A DNA stretch of 64,000 bases from Octopus bimaculoides (taxonomy: Eukaryota), in contig NC_068989.1 in assembly GCF_001194135.2 (NCBI RefSeq), forward strand, positions 1,203,419 through 1,267,418, in the 5' to 3' direction. Positions 14,253 to 27,151 of the stretch are shown in pieces; the stretch's first letter is position 1; the number at the start of each line of letters is the position of its first letter. Made by a program: the position numbers and the translations under genes. Under the pieces are notes generated by a model, which was not told where the DNA came from, did not search any database, and was given only the letters and a program-made list of their open reading frames with translations.

Positions 14253-17200
14253 GTAAGTCCTCATCTCGACACAGACTGACTCCTTCTCATTGAAACCTCT
14301 CTGAGATAGATAAGTGACAGCTACAAGAATTATTTAAAAGGAACATAGCATTAATATAACTTTTGGCCTTCTGTTTATGTTCCTTTTTAACCCTCCTCCT
14401 CCTCCTGCAGGAATCAGATATATCCTCTCAAGATCCCATTACCCTCAGTTTTATAAATCAATCTATCATTTGTAGAAGAATGTTATTTTGTGTTGGAATA
14501 CATCATGTTTATTGAGGCAGTGTGGCAGTGTGACTTGCAGAAATACCAATTCCATTTTCTGGTAGACCTTTAACATCATTACTGGAATAACCATGAAATT
14601 CAATTTTGCAGCAATTGGCTAATCACAGGAACCTGATTTCTTTTTGCATGTTTATTTATGCATTTTATCAGATTTGTCTAAATTTTGCAGATCATTCAAT
14701 CCTTGATAACATGGTAACCTACTTAAAATAATTAATTAGCTTAAGGTTAATATGCTGAACCACTAATTACCTGAGCAAGAATTCAAGCCTGTATTGTGCA
14801 AGACTAGTTATATCTCTCTCGTATCATGGATGAAGAGTTATCTCTAGGTGGGACTTGTATATCTGCAAAAGAATGGTTTCACCAAGATTTTAATATCTAA
14901 TTATGCAACAACTAACTTCCTTATGCTAGTATGAAAAAGAAAATAGGGAGGCAGGGGTGGTGGTGGTGGTTTCCCTTTCCCTAATTCTGTTCTCATATTT
15001 TTTCTCAGCATTCTTACTCTAGAAGCAGTCATGCATTTAGGTTTCAGAATCCATAGGAACATGTGTATCTTTTTATCTTTTACTTGTTTCAGTCATTAGA
15101 TTGCGGCCATGCTGGGGCACCACATTGAAGAATTTTAGGCAAAACAAACTGACCCCTGTTCTTATTTTTATTTTAAGCTTGCGACTTATCTTACTGATAA
15201 AAAAAAAAAAAAAATTGTAGGATTTTTTCCTGACTTCTGCCCAGATGTTGGCTACCCTCTACCCAAGGCTCACACTTGAAGCTATTTGTTTACTCTGGCT
15301 CCCTGACATTTTGGTGACAGCCACCTCCTGCTCTGTTGGAATGCTGAATAAATTCTTTGGAATTAAATGTGTTTGGTCATCTCTGTTCTAACACGAAACC
15401 TCTGGCTTTACTTTCCAATTCCCTTCCCAAAATGTAATGTTCTGCTGTCAGTGCGGGCAAACTGCTTAATGGCATTTTGTCTGTCTGTGTGTTTTGAGTT
15501 CAAATTCCACTGAGGTTGACTTTACCTTTCATCCTTTCAGGTCTGGTAAAATAAAGAACCAGTGAAACACTGGGGTCGATGTAATCAACTCCCCCTCCCC
15601 CCATCCCTTTGCAGTTGATTGTGTAGACATTAGCAAAATGCTGAAATGAAATAAAAATCATTTTGCAGAAAATTAAGGGTGTCAATGCCCTGAGAAANNN
15701 NNNNNNNNNNNNNNNNNNNNNNNNNNNNNNNNNNNNNNNNNNNNNNNNNNNNNNNNNNNNNNNNNNNNNNNNNNNNNNNNNNNNNNNNNNNNNNNNNNNN
15801 NNNNNNNNNNNNNNNNNNNNNNNNNNNNNNNNNNNNNNNNNNNNNNNNNNNNNNNNNNNNNNNNNNNNNNNNNNNNNNNNNNNNNNNNNNNNNNNNNNNN
15901 NNNNNNNNNNNNNNNNNNNNNNNNNNNNNNNNNNNNNNCTCCTGCTCTGTTGGAATGCTGAATAAATTCTTTGGAAGTTGTTTAATCCTGGGCCATCGTT
16001 CACCAAGCAGATCTACAATCAAAAGCATTCCAAAATCGACCATCTTGCCTGTATATCAGTAGGGTGTGATTTATGGGAGTGCTGACTGCTGTTTCTAGCA
16101 CAAGTGATCCCATAGAGGCACCTTTGATGGTTGTTGTGATGATGGTAATGATGATGATAGTGTTGGGAGTTGGGGTGCCAGTGATGTTGTTGTGATCCTT
16201 CCACTTTTGTTTTTCAATGTAGTCTCTGTGATTCTAGGACAATTTAAGTGGGTGGAGGGGACAGGGGGAGGGTTAGGGCTTAAGAACTGGTAATGTAACC
16301 ATAGCAATGGTAGGAGATGGTGCAGTGGCAGTCTATACAGAAATAGTGTATAGGTGGTGGTGGTGGTGGGAAGTGTTTGTTATATATTTACTATTTATAG
16401 TGGGAAAGGGGCCGTTATATAATGCTGTTATATTAAACATGTTAGGGCGTCTCTTAATGTTTGGATTTCAGAGGAAAGGGGAATTCTCACACTTTGTCAG
16501 TGTGTGAGGGGAAGGAGGAGTGCTATGAATTTAGTTTGGAAAGAAAAACATTGAAGGCAGCGAAATTGGTAGAAAATCAGTTTTGGCTCTGTGTGCTTCA
16601 GGTTCAAACCCCATCAGTGAACTTTGTCTTTTATCGTTCAATATATAGATTGGTAGGGGTTGGTTAGCAGGTAGGTGATTAGATAGGTAGGTAGGTAGAT
16701 CTTTTAAAAGAAGCAGCTTATTACAATATTGCAAGACAGAAATATGAATCTCTATTCTCTCTTTCTGTCTCTCTCTCTCTCTCTCCCTCTCTTTCTCCTC
16801 TTCTCTCTTTGTCTTTGATAAACACAAATGAATTTCTAAACATGATTGTTAAAAACTTGGTTAAATTATAAAGATATCACCTTCGAAAACTAAAAATTTC
16901 TTATTTTCAATAGTTGTGTCTTAATAATTTAACTAAATGCTTTTAGTCAGTGCTATGGACTAACACTCTCCCCTCTAAATTACTGGCCTTCTGCCTAAAT
17001 CAGAGACCATCNNNNNNNNNNNNNNNNNNNNNNNNNNNNNNNNNNNNNNNNNNNNNNNNNNNNNNNNNNNNNNNNNNNNNNNNNNNNNNNNNNNNNNNNN
17101 NNNNNNNNNNNNNNNNNNNNNNNNNNNNNNNNNNNNNNNNNNNNNNNNNNNNNNNNNNNNNNNNNNNNNNNNNNNNNCTGTCGCTATGTTCTGAGTTCAA

Positions 17201-17404
17201 ATTCTGTTGAGGTCGACTTTGTCTTTCATCCCTTCGAGGTTGATGAAACAAGTACCAGTTGAACACTGGGGGGGTCGATAGAATCAACTCATCCCCTCCC
17301 CCAAAATGGCTGCCCTTGTGGAAAAATTTAAAACTATTATTATTTCCGTATTTTTCAGAAATTGCTTGTGACTCGATTTCCAGAGAGCTCCTGGTTGGAC
17401 GACA

Positions 17405-17674
17405 ATGGTGTTGAGGAGACAAGCAACAGTAGTTCAAGCTCGACAGCTACTCAATGCCATTGCGTATATCAAGCAACAGAAACAAATCCCCAACTTGGAG
17501 CGCATCACGCGCTACATGCAGCGAGAACACAAAGTTCCTCCCTCCGAAACCCACAAGCAGCTGCAGAATGCAGTCAAAGACAACTTCATCTTTTCTTACA
17601 CTGCCATTGGCAACAAAGGTTCCAAGACTGGGATGGAACAGAAAGGATACAAGATTTCTGATGAAAGTGAGCTG
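17405..17674 (+). CDS. ZMYND11: ZMYND11/BS69 coding exon 1 (SAMD1-like winged-helix domain)
   Basis: MVLRRQA...LLNAIAYIKQQKQIPNLERITRYMQREH...KGSKTGMEQKGY resembles the human ZMYND11 N-terminus ([28 protein letters not shown]...KGSKAGIEQEGY). Acceptor tttttcag ends at 17358, an in-frame TGA lies at 17369 upstream of the ATG, and the donor is CTG|gtaagg (phase 0). Confidence 0.95.
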
Positions 17675-18689
17675 GTAAGGAATCTTTGTTTTACAATCTC
17701 TTTTCCCCTACAAAACTGCTGAGCCGGCAGAACGGTTAGCACGTTGGATGGAATGCTTCCTGGCAGTTCTTCTGACTTTATGTTCTGAGTTTAAAAATCC
17801 GTTGAGATCAACTTTACCTTTCATCCTTTCGGGGTTGATAAAATATCAGTCGAGGACTGAGGTCAATATAACTGATTAGCCTCTTGACCCCAAATTTCAG
17901 GCCTTTTGTGCCTCTAGCTTGAATGGACGCTGTATCGTTGTTGTAGGTGGGGCCTACAACAGAGTATAAAAACTCTGACACTGGTCCCTGTTTCTAGAGG
18001 CTGTTAGGGGCTGTTAGGGTGTGATGGTCACATTACGGACACAAACGTAAGCAACCACTTACAGTGCTAATTTCAATTGTTCTTGTGGAAAACCATTCCA
18101 CAATGGGTTGAGGTTGGAGGGTCACATCATGTTTGGCAGTGCTTCTGCTTCTGCTGAGAGTTGAAAGTTAGTGTCTTGGCTACTTTGTTTGGCTTTTCCT
18201 GACAGTATTTCCACTGCTTTTGGTATAATTACAGATTACCAAAATGACAGGGTGTATGTTTGTATAAGTTTGTGCCTTATTATCATTGAGGGTCCATTTT
18301 CCATGCTGGAATGGGTTGGACAGTCTAAGAGGAACTGCCAAGCCACTGGGCTATGATGAGCACCCACTATCATCTTTGGTATGGTTTCTATGGCTGGATG
18401 CCCTTCTAATGCTATCCACTTTACAGAGTGTACCGGGTGCTGTTCTCGTGCATATATGTCAGTATGTAGTGTTTCATTAGATGAAATTGCTCAGTTGCCA
18501 ATGTTCTATTGACCTTGAACAATGAGAGAAGTTGGTTTGTTTCTATCATTTCTGCCACTGTTACATCAGAATGGATTCTCTATCAATGGGTCTCTCAACA
18601 ACTCCCTTCTATTTTAACTCTAGTCGGCCCTTTACTGCAACTCTTAAACTAATTCAGCGATTGCATTGTTTTTGTATTGTTCTTTGCAG

Positions 18690-18842
18690 GTTGATGATGG
18701 CCACGACTGGTATTGTTTCAAATGCCATGGTCCAGGAGATGTTATTAGCTGCAACAAATGTTGGCGTGTTTTCCATTTAAGTTGCTTTGAAGAAGAAGAA
18801 TCTTATACTAATGGTCACAAGCACATATGTTATATTTGCAAG
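18690..18842 (+). CDS. ZMYND11: ZMYND11 exon: PHD finger
   Basis: VDDGHDWYCFKCHGPGDVISCNKCWRVFHLSC...CYICK is a C4HC3 PHD finger (human [28 protein letters not shown]). Boundaries tttgcag| and |gtaaag; 153 nt, phase 0/0. Confidence 0.97.
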
Positions 18843-19924
18843 GTAAAGAAATTAAATTCAATCTAACAACCCCACCCCCACCCTTTATTTCAGTTTCAGT
18901 TTTTAAAAAGAAAGAAGAAAATGTCTGAAATTAGTTTTCCTTGTGAACCGTTTCACATTTTGTGTTTTCTATGACTAACAATATTGAAATAGAATTTTGT
19001 TTCACTTCTTCAGTTTCTTTGTTTCATTTCAAAAATTATTTTGTTAGACAAACCAACTTCATGAATCCTATAATTGTAAAAAAATTGAAATATTTCATTA
19101 TTGGTGGCCTTATTTTAGAGATGAATGCCCCAAAACCCTCTCAGATACTTTTTTTCATCACTTAGAAGAGGAAGTGCAGAACCTGTGATTTTTTTTGTAG
19201 GGTTACCAAGGCTGAAATCAACTTGTGGGTTATTCTCAGACCTGATCTCAATATTTACAACCGATTGGGCCCAGTTAAAGACTCTTAAGGACCAGGTGTG
19301 GGGGATCAAACTAGTTGACAAATGAGGTCTACCACTCAAGAATATATTTCAGTTTATATGATCAACTTCTGAACTGTTTCCATTCACAAAGTCTGAGGAA
19401 GAAGACCCTTACGTAAGGTGCCACACAGTGAGATGATAGCCAGGTGAATATGCAGCGAGCCCTTTAAAAAGCATCCAGTACATTTTGTAAAGTGTTTGGC
19501 ATTAAGAAAAGTATCCAGCCATAGGAACCGTGGTAGAGAAGACAAATGGAATCTGGTGCGGCTCTCCAGCATGTCAGCTCTTCTCTCAAACCCTCTGATC
19601 CATGCCAGCATGGGAAGCAGACATTAAATGATGATGATGATGATGATGAAACAGTTTTCATATTGTTTCTACAGCTCAGTCCATTTGGTTGCTCTACTTT
19701 GGAACCAGATCATCAAAGTTTTGTTTCTCACCCCCNNNNNNNNNNNNNNCCCTTTCATGACCAAATTTTATTCCCATTGTTTACTGCTTTGTTGCTCTTG
19801 TGGTGAGTGAAAACGACTGCTTTGTCATGTATTTCAGTAAATAAAAAAAAAATCCATAAAATTATTTCCAAACTGTTGCTATATCTTAACCAATATTCTT
19901 GTATTCTCTTTCTGTTCCTCTTAG

Positions 19925-19933
19925 GACATGCAG
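19925..19933 (+). CDS. ZMYND11: Candidate 9-nt microexon of ZMYND11 (DMQ)
   Basis: cttaac branch-point-like motif at 19885-19890, then a pyrimidine tract and ttag|GACATGCAG|gtaaac. It is frame-preserving in a phase-0 intron. No transcript evidence is available. Confidence 0.5.
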
Positions 19934-21054
19934 GTAAACCAATTTCTCAGCATCTATTTTATATGAAAATGCAAATTATTCTCTCTCTCCTTTTTTTTTT
20001 TTTTTTTTTTTTGTTTTTGTTGTCTTAGACTTGCACAAACCATGCTGATAATCTGCTTCACCAATTCTTTATGTTTGTGAAGGGTTTTTGCAAGACTCTG
20101 TACATTTTTATTCAAGAGGTAAAAGGAAAATAAATGAAAGTAAGAAACAGTAAAAAAAAAAAAAAAGGATTTAAATGCAAAGAAAAAACAAAGAAATAAA
20201 TATTAATGATAAATTCTAAAATGGGAATATTATACGCTTTCTTGAAGAAAATGGTAAATGGTGTGCTGAATTGACATCGATCATTTATACTGGATGATGA
20301 TGATGATGATGATGATGATAAAGGTGATGATGATGATGATGATGATAAAGGTGATGATGATGATGATGATGATGATAAAATGATAAATAACAAAAATCTT
20401 GACTAAAACTAATCATGTCAGTTAATGATCGATTGCAATATTGGTAAAAACATGTTCTTTATCCAATATTTTACTTCTTGAAACTTAGACTTTTTTTTTA
20501 CATTTAGTTTAATTCTTGCTTTATTTTTATATATAGATTTAAAAAAAAAAATATTATTTGCATCTTTCTTTTTGAAAATCTTTAATTGTCATTTTTTTTC
20601 TTCTTCTTCTAATTTTTGTTTGTTTAGCTTTTTTATACCTGCCAATCTGAAAGCTATTTCTGCATTAAATGCACGTTTCCTTTAATTAGTATTTGAATTG
20701 TATTAGCAAGGTTTGCCAGTTTTCTTTTAACCCCTGTCTCTAGACTAGGTTTTGCATATTTGCTCAGACCTTCCTTATAAACTTGTGTTGAGTGCAGTCC
20801 TCCAGAGTTCTGTTTCTGTTTTGTTTTGCACACTGTCATGTTAATTTACCTCCCACAGCTCTAGAAAACATTTCATATTAAAGTTTAATATGAATTATGA
20901 TCTATAGAGATTCACAGCTGGCCAAGTGAATGATGTGACAATACATTATAGAAATGGTTAATGTTTCATTTCTCATCACCAGTCTTGTAATGACCATCAC
21001 TAAATACATTTATCATATGTATAATGTATGTACACACACATATGCATGTATGAT

Positions 21055-21615
21055 TGTTTGTTTGTTTATTTGTTCTATTTTTAATTATTCTTGCAAGGAA
21101 GGAGCTGGTCTCTAACAAAGATACAAAGCTCCAGATAATGAAAGCAATGTCACATTTTAAACTTGAAGAAAGTCTTGTATATTTTTACTGTTCCACTTAC
21201 AGATTGTATTTGTAATATGTGAATCAGTTTGGTTGATTTCTTTGTTCTGAAAACCCTAGTGTGTCTAGATTGTCACTTAGTCATTTACTCACGGAACCAA
21301 ATGTACCAGTTCTTATTGGTATAAATGGGAAATTATAATCTGGATTATAGAAACTGGAGGTTCCGAAGCAATTGTCTATTGTTATTCTCTTTCTCTTCGA
21401 TTTTCAAAGAGATATTCACACCCGCAGGACAGTTGACTTCAATGATGGCACATACTTCTTTTTGTCTGTCCTGAACAATGATATCTGGTCTGTTGTTTAC
21501 TCTTGACAGAAGTTTTGATGGAAATGCTTCACCGGTATTCCTTGTGTGGATGTTTATCTATGTATTCAATAACAGGGGCATTTTCCATATCTGTCCCAGG
21601 ACACTCTGTCCTGAG
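21055..21615 (-). mobile_element. Degenerate R4/Dong-like non-LTR retrotransposon 3' end (restriction-like endonuclease domain)
   Basis: PVIEYIDKH..KEY...NNRPDIIVQDRQKEVCAIIEVNCPAGVNISLKIEEKENN..LLRNLQFL...LQIQSVSGTVKIYKTFFKFKM*, with frameshifts; PD-(D/E)xK-type RLE motif. Confidence 0.8.
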
Positions 21616-24600
21616 ATGAGTATATGAGTGCTCAACCTAAAATTATTTCCCCTTAATAAAGCTACTATACACCAAGAAATGTATAATGTTCAATGGAGCT
21701 ACAAACTTTATTGACATAGAATCTATGTGAATCGATTACAAGCAGAGGATGCTCCACTGATTCTTGGAGTCATTGAGAATCATCTGTTGGTAAATAGAGA
21801 CCAAGTACTGCATGATTCTGGTTCTGTTGCAAGCAGTTTGGTCATGGCTTTCTCCAACTTGTTCCAGAGGCTCTGAAAATGGTCCAGAGCATTGTTTTTT
21901 CCTCTGATTAAGCCAGAATTTCTTTTAGATATTTAAGTGTGATGTAAAACGAAACATACCCAACTGATCTCCAAATCACAGACTTTGTCTGGCTGTGACA
22001 GGAATTTGGTTCCAAAACAAAGAGGAATGTTTTGTCTGCAGATGAAATTTCAATGTAAACTCAGCAGTGTAGCCTGGGATAGTATCTTTTGGTAAACACA
22101 GTTGATTTCTGGTGCTTAATATGTCTAATTAGCTCAATGTTAATTTGTCAGCTAGAAGAGGTGGCTGTCACCACCTGGCAGGTATTGGTTTTTAATTTAA
22201 AACTGTATTAGAACTGTATGTCACCTGTAATCTGTTCCTAACCAGTAACTTGTATGAGAAGAGTCTGTTGACATTAGGCAAGAGTAAGTGTAAATGCCTC
22301 ACTCGTCAGCTTGAAATGGCTGGTGTTTTAGCTCCAGTTGTATGGTGTTAGGTGGGTGAGAGATTGAACCTCTCCCTATGTAGGATGCAAGTCCACCTTG
22401 GATGACAATTCTTAATGATCTGGTACATATTTCTGACAGTTAAGTGAAATGATTGTATCAATAATTTAAATAGACAAATACAGATTGAAAGACTTTGCAG
22501 TGAGTTTGATTTGAATGTAAAGCTTATAAGCTGGGATCACAGTTATTAGGCCGTTCCATTTGTACAGCAGCTGGTAGGAATTAGCTGGAATCTTGACATA
22601 TTGGCTTGGAGCTGTGCTGTAATCCTCTCATTGACAACTTGTAGGAGTAGAGTTGGCTTCGACAATCTGAGGAATAAGCGCTGTTCTGTGATTCGGTTCC
22701 TTACAATTATACATTGTAATTGATCTTGTTAAAGAAGTATCATCTTGTTTTGATGGAATTCAATGAGGAGGACGGGAGGATGGAGGGAGCAAACTTTGGG
22801 AGGGGGAGGGGGTGTTTGAGAGGAAATGGTTGAGAAATAGAGAAAGCTGGTTGGAGGAAAGAAGAGGTGGGTGAGGGTGGGGGTAATATGAAAGGAAGAC
22901 AAGTGGTGGAGAGAGAGAGAAGAGGGAGGAGGAGGAGGAAGAATGCTGAAACAGGACAAAACAGAAGTTTGTAATTTTAGTCATTATTAGTGTTCCATAT
23001 TTATAGAGGCCAATAACCTAACAAGAAGTTGTGGAAAGTGGAGGAGGGAGAACATGGGTTCCAGCACCCCCTCCCCCTCCACTTCCGCTTGTCCCCCCCC
23101 ACTTTTGTTCTCTTTTTTCTGGTTCCAGTTATGGAGCTATTTATTCTTGGTTACTTAAATAATCTCCATTTTTTTTCCTTCTTGTTTCATCTCTCCTCAC
23201 ACCATTCCTCTGAGAAGTCCCCCCCCCCCGCCAACTTTACATTCCACACAGCACATGAAACAACTGACAACACTACAATCTCAAAGGTTGTCGGTTCAAA
23301 TCTGCTGTAAATACTTTGTTGCCTCTAATAATGAGTGACAGAGGTTTAATCAGTCGAGTGATAATGGAGAGCACAGCATCTCGGTTATTTCTGACTGATG
23401 GTCATATCAGGATTGATGGAACAAGTACCAGTCAAATACTGGGGTTGAGGTAATTAAAGTTCCTACTCCTGGATCAAGATCAGTAATCCTCCTCCTCCTC
23501 CTGGTGTGCAGTTGTCCCCACGTAAAAGTGGAGGTTACAGTTAGAACACAGAATATTGGATTATTTGCTCAGGGAAAATAATGTAGCAGTTTGTGTTGTA
23601 AAACGACCTCCACTGCTAAGTTGGAAATTAAGGTTGCCTTTTGGTTTTAATATTGCTTCTGTCACTGTATTAATTACTTGTTTTAATAGGCTCATTGGCT
23701 TTTTGCGATACCAGTGCTTGATTAGACACTGAGCTTCTAAGTATTGCTGACAAAGGAATCACTGCTTTCTCTAGCATCAGGCATCTGCCCTTGACAAGGC
23801 CAAGGAAGGCTAAAATCATGTGATCTGAAGTCCCAGTGGTGATGGCAGAGGATTATCTCCTGCTAGCGATATAAACATGAGTGCTTCTATGCACCATAAG
23901 TCCATTAGACCAATTCTCTCTGGGCAAATAATGCAGTTTTCTACATTCTAACAAAACATCAACCTTCACATGGGGATAAATATTACCTCTTGGTTATTAA
24001 TACTCTTCTGCCGCTATTAATTATTTTTTATGGTGTGTAGTTGTTTGTGAAAGGATGGTCTCTGTCCGGCTGACGTGTACTTCATAAATAACTCAAAGAG
24101 CAAGTCTTCAGCTGGTGCCTCAATAACTTTTGATTACATTTACACATAATTTATTGAGTTACTTAGCTTGACACCCCACAGTTTGTTTCGTTAGTATCAC
24201 AGGGTCATTATACACATCTGCCACAGTGTTAATGAGAAAGCTTCTACATTTTCACTTGATCTGCTAGAAATAGCAGTAATATCTTCTTCAAATCGCACCT
24301 TACTATCTTAATTATGGAGAAGAAATGTAGCTTTAGAAAGACAAAATAATTATAGTTGAAATGTTTTTGAGCATAAAACAGCTCAAAGAGGGCTGACCTG
24401 GTGCTAACAACAACTGTCACTGTTTTTGAGACGACAAGGGAACTGCTGTATGCTAGAAATAGCAGCCAGATCTGCTTGAAAATTCTACCCTTTTGTCTTA
24501 AAAAAGGGAGGTCACATTGGTTACCCTAGTATATGTGCTGGTCAGGGCTAGGAAGCCTTTGATGAGAGTTATACTCAATCAGGCAAAGTCAACTTCAGCA

Positions 24601-24677
24601 GAATTTGAACTCAGAAAGTAAAGACTGATGAAATGCTGCTAAACATTTTGTCTGGTGTGATAATGATTCTGCCAGCT

Positions 24678-24683
24678 CATCAT

Positions 24684-24743
<60 letters not shown>
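24678..24743 (+). repeat. (CAT)n followed by a CAA-interrupted (CAG)n tract
   Basis: Seen directly in the sequence; it lies between two retroposon pieces. Confidence 0.9.
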
Positions 24744-24744
<1 letters not shown>

Positions 24745-24770
24745 TCTCATGGCTTCTGATCTTAACTGAT

Positions 24771-25494
24771 TGGAAGTGTTATCATGTACATTGTTTTGTC
24801 TTGGGGTATCAAAGATGGCCTACAGCAAATATTCTGGTTAATACCACAGATTTGCTTGTCAGTTGTTTGACCTCAACCAGTTGAGCATGTCCCTTGGTGG
24901 CTGACGATATGTGCATCTCTGATCACGAGCAGAAGTAGTGGGGGAGCATCATAGCCATGTGTTGAAAGGAATTCTTTGGAGTTTGGATAATTCACCTTTG
25001 GAAACATGGGTGTTTTGTTCAACATCCTTAAACAACCCTTATTCAGGGACCTTTTGAGTGGGATGGGCTACTCGACCCCAAGAAAATTCTAACTGGGCCC
25101 CACCTGCGAGGTCATGCACTGTTTATCTTGATATGAGATCAGTATGTTGCGCACATATGGTTGTGATGCATGTGCCTGGTGTACCCTTATCGGACGGGTA
25201 GTCATGATGGGTATACTGGGCTTCGTATGGAAGTGTTATCATGGACACTGTTTTGTCTTTGGTATAAAAGATGGGACTACAGCAAATATTCTGCTCAATA
25301 CCACAGATCTCTTTGTCAGTTGTTTGACCTTGACCAGTTGAGCATGTCCCTTGGTGGCTGACGACATGTGCATCTCTGATGAAGAGCAGAAGTAGTGTGG
25401 GGAGCATCATAATCATCATGGGAACACTGGGCTTCATATATTTTACCCCAGTGTCACTTTGATGGCATGCACTGCTCTCTCACTCAACAACAAC

Positions 25495-25526
<32 letters not shown>
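24771..25526 (+). mobile_element. Retroposon 3' region with a 183-bp internal direct duplication and (AAT)n tail
   Basis: 24771-24953 is repeated at 25228-25411. The element ends ctctcactcaacaacaac(aat)n. Confidence 0.7.
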
Positions 25527-25530
<4 letters not shown>

Positions 25531-26103
25531 GCTGCTTCTGCTAGGCTTGGTACGCATGATCAGTCACCTAAATTGATTCAATGACAACAGCTGTAGCATC
25601 ACTGCTGCCCCACCACCACCACCACCACAACAACAAAATTATTTCCTATAATGACAAATTCCTTTCCAATAGATTCTTTGATTCTTCATATGAAAAAAAA
25701 GAAAAAAAGAAAAGAAATGAATGTGTTTGTTTGATGCCATTTGATATTGATTTAATCCTTCTGGAACATTCTGGACTTGAAGAATGAGTTGTCTCCCCAA
25801 CCTCCACATCCGTATTATTACCACCACCACCACCACCACCTCCTTCCCCTCCACCATTTACAGCATTTCTACTTTCACCACTACCACCATTACTACCACC
25901 GACATACTACCACTATCTTTACTAAGAACTGCCACTGCCATCGCCACCACCACCACCTTTTTTACTACTACTACTATCCTGAACTCTGCAACGTCTGCCA
26001 TCACCCCCCCCCCACTGATCAATACTTGTATTTGGTTTGAAGCTGATGTTCCAAGTATTGATTTCACTGGCTCTGACAGATGGACAGGCTCACTCCACAC
26101 TGG

Positions 26104-26143
<40 letters not shown>

Positions 26144-26921
26144 ATGGGACATCATACAATGACAAAGCCACAACACAAACCTCTCAGTTGAGGAGAATCA
26201 ACCAACGGTTGGCATTGTCTTGAAGGATGACCATTGGGGAAAGTTTGGTTATCTGGTGTGTACTTTTTTTTTTTAGGGGTCCATCATGTCATTGCTGAGC
26301 CGGCTGGTGATCAAAGACCTTTTAGCCATGACCATCCTGTCCTGTAGAAGACAGGCAGTGTGTGATTCATTTGAGATTTGGCTGTTATTTTTGTGGGCCC
26401 AACGACTATGGAGAAGTTCCCTTGATGGGTGCATCCAAAATGCTGTTGCTAGTCGTCATTGTCATCATCACCATTCTCGTTATTACAAACCTAATTAGAA
26501 TCATTAACAATATAATTTTCATTGTCCTTTGGTTAAACTTCCTGGATTTCCTTACAATCTCCAGCATCATTTTCCATTCACACTTGATTTGTATTTATTC
26601 ACCTCTTTTTACACAGACTTACTGCAAGAATATACCCTCCATAGGTCTTTCTCTTACTCCACTTACAAGCACACTATACACTGCCCTCCTCCTCCTCCTC
26701 CTCCTCCCTCCCTCCCTCCCTCCTATTCCTCCATCTGTATTGTATTGTCAATGGCTGAGAGAATGGTGGTGCCAAACTTCTGGATCTTAGACTTTACCGT
26801 TTGTGTCCTGTGGGCAAGCACGACATGCTATATAATTCATATCACATAAAATCTTTTGATAAAGCACAAAATACCCTGGCTTTTAGCTTCCATGTTCTTA
26901 TTAAATATTCATATCATCCCT

Positions 26922-26956
<35 letters not shown>

Positions 26957-27018
26957 GTAAATGAGTGCATGTCGTTATGCAAAATATTTTGCTACAAACA
27001 CAAGAACTTGCATATAAT

Positions 27019-27049
<31 letters not shown>

Positions 27050-27151
27050 TAAAGGCAAATATGTATATATATATATTTTTGTATATAATGTACTGTTCCA
27101 TGATGGTCAGATCAACAAAAAAGGTACTCCATCTAGTGTGAGATAAATATT

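Noticed and set aside
15327-15975. ~37-bp direct duplication (cctgctctgttggaatgctgaataaattctttggaa) at about 15327 and 15940
   Set aside because: The second copy begins at the edge of an N-gap, so an assembly or haplotype overlap is more likely than a TSD.
24633-24884. ORF with polyH/polyQ (HHHHHQ17)
   Set aside because: It starts inside an antisense SINE and ends in a retroposon, has no convincing splice sites, and is intronic. It is a microsatellite rather than a polyQ gene.
26018-26061. Perfect 11-bp hairpin (atcaatacttg/caagtattgat) as a pre-miRNA
   Set aside because: The stem is too short and the loop too long for a Drosha/Dicer substrate.
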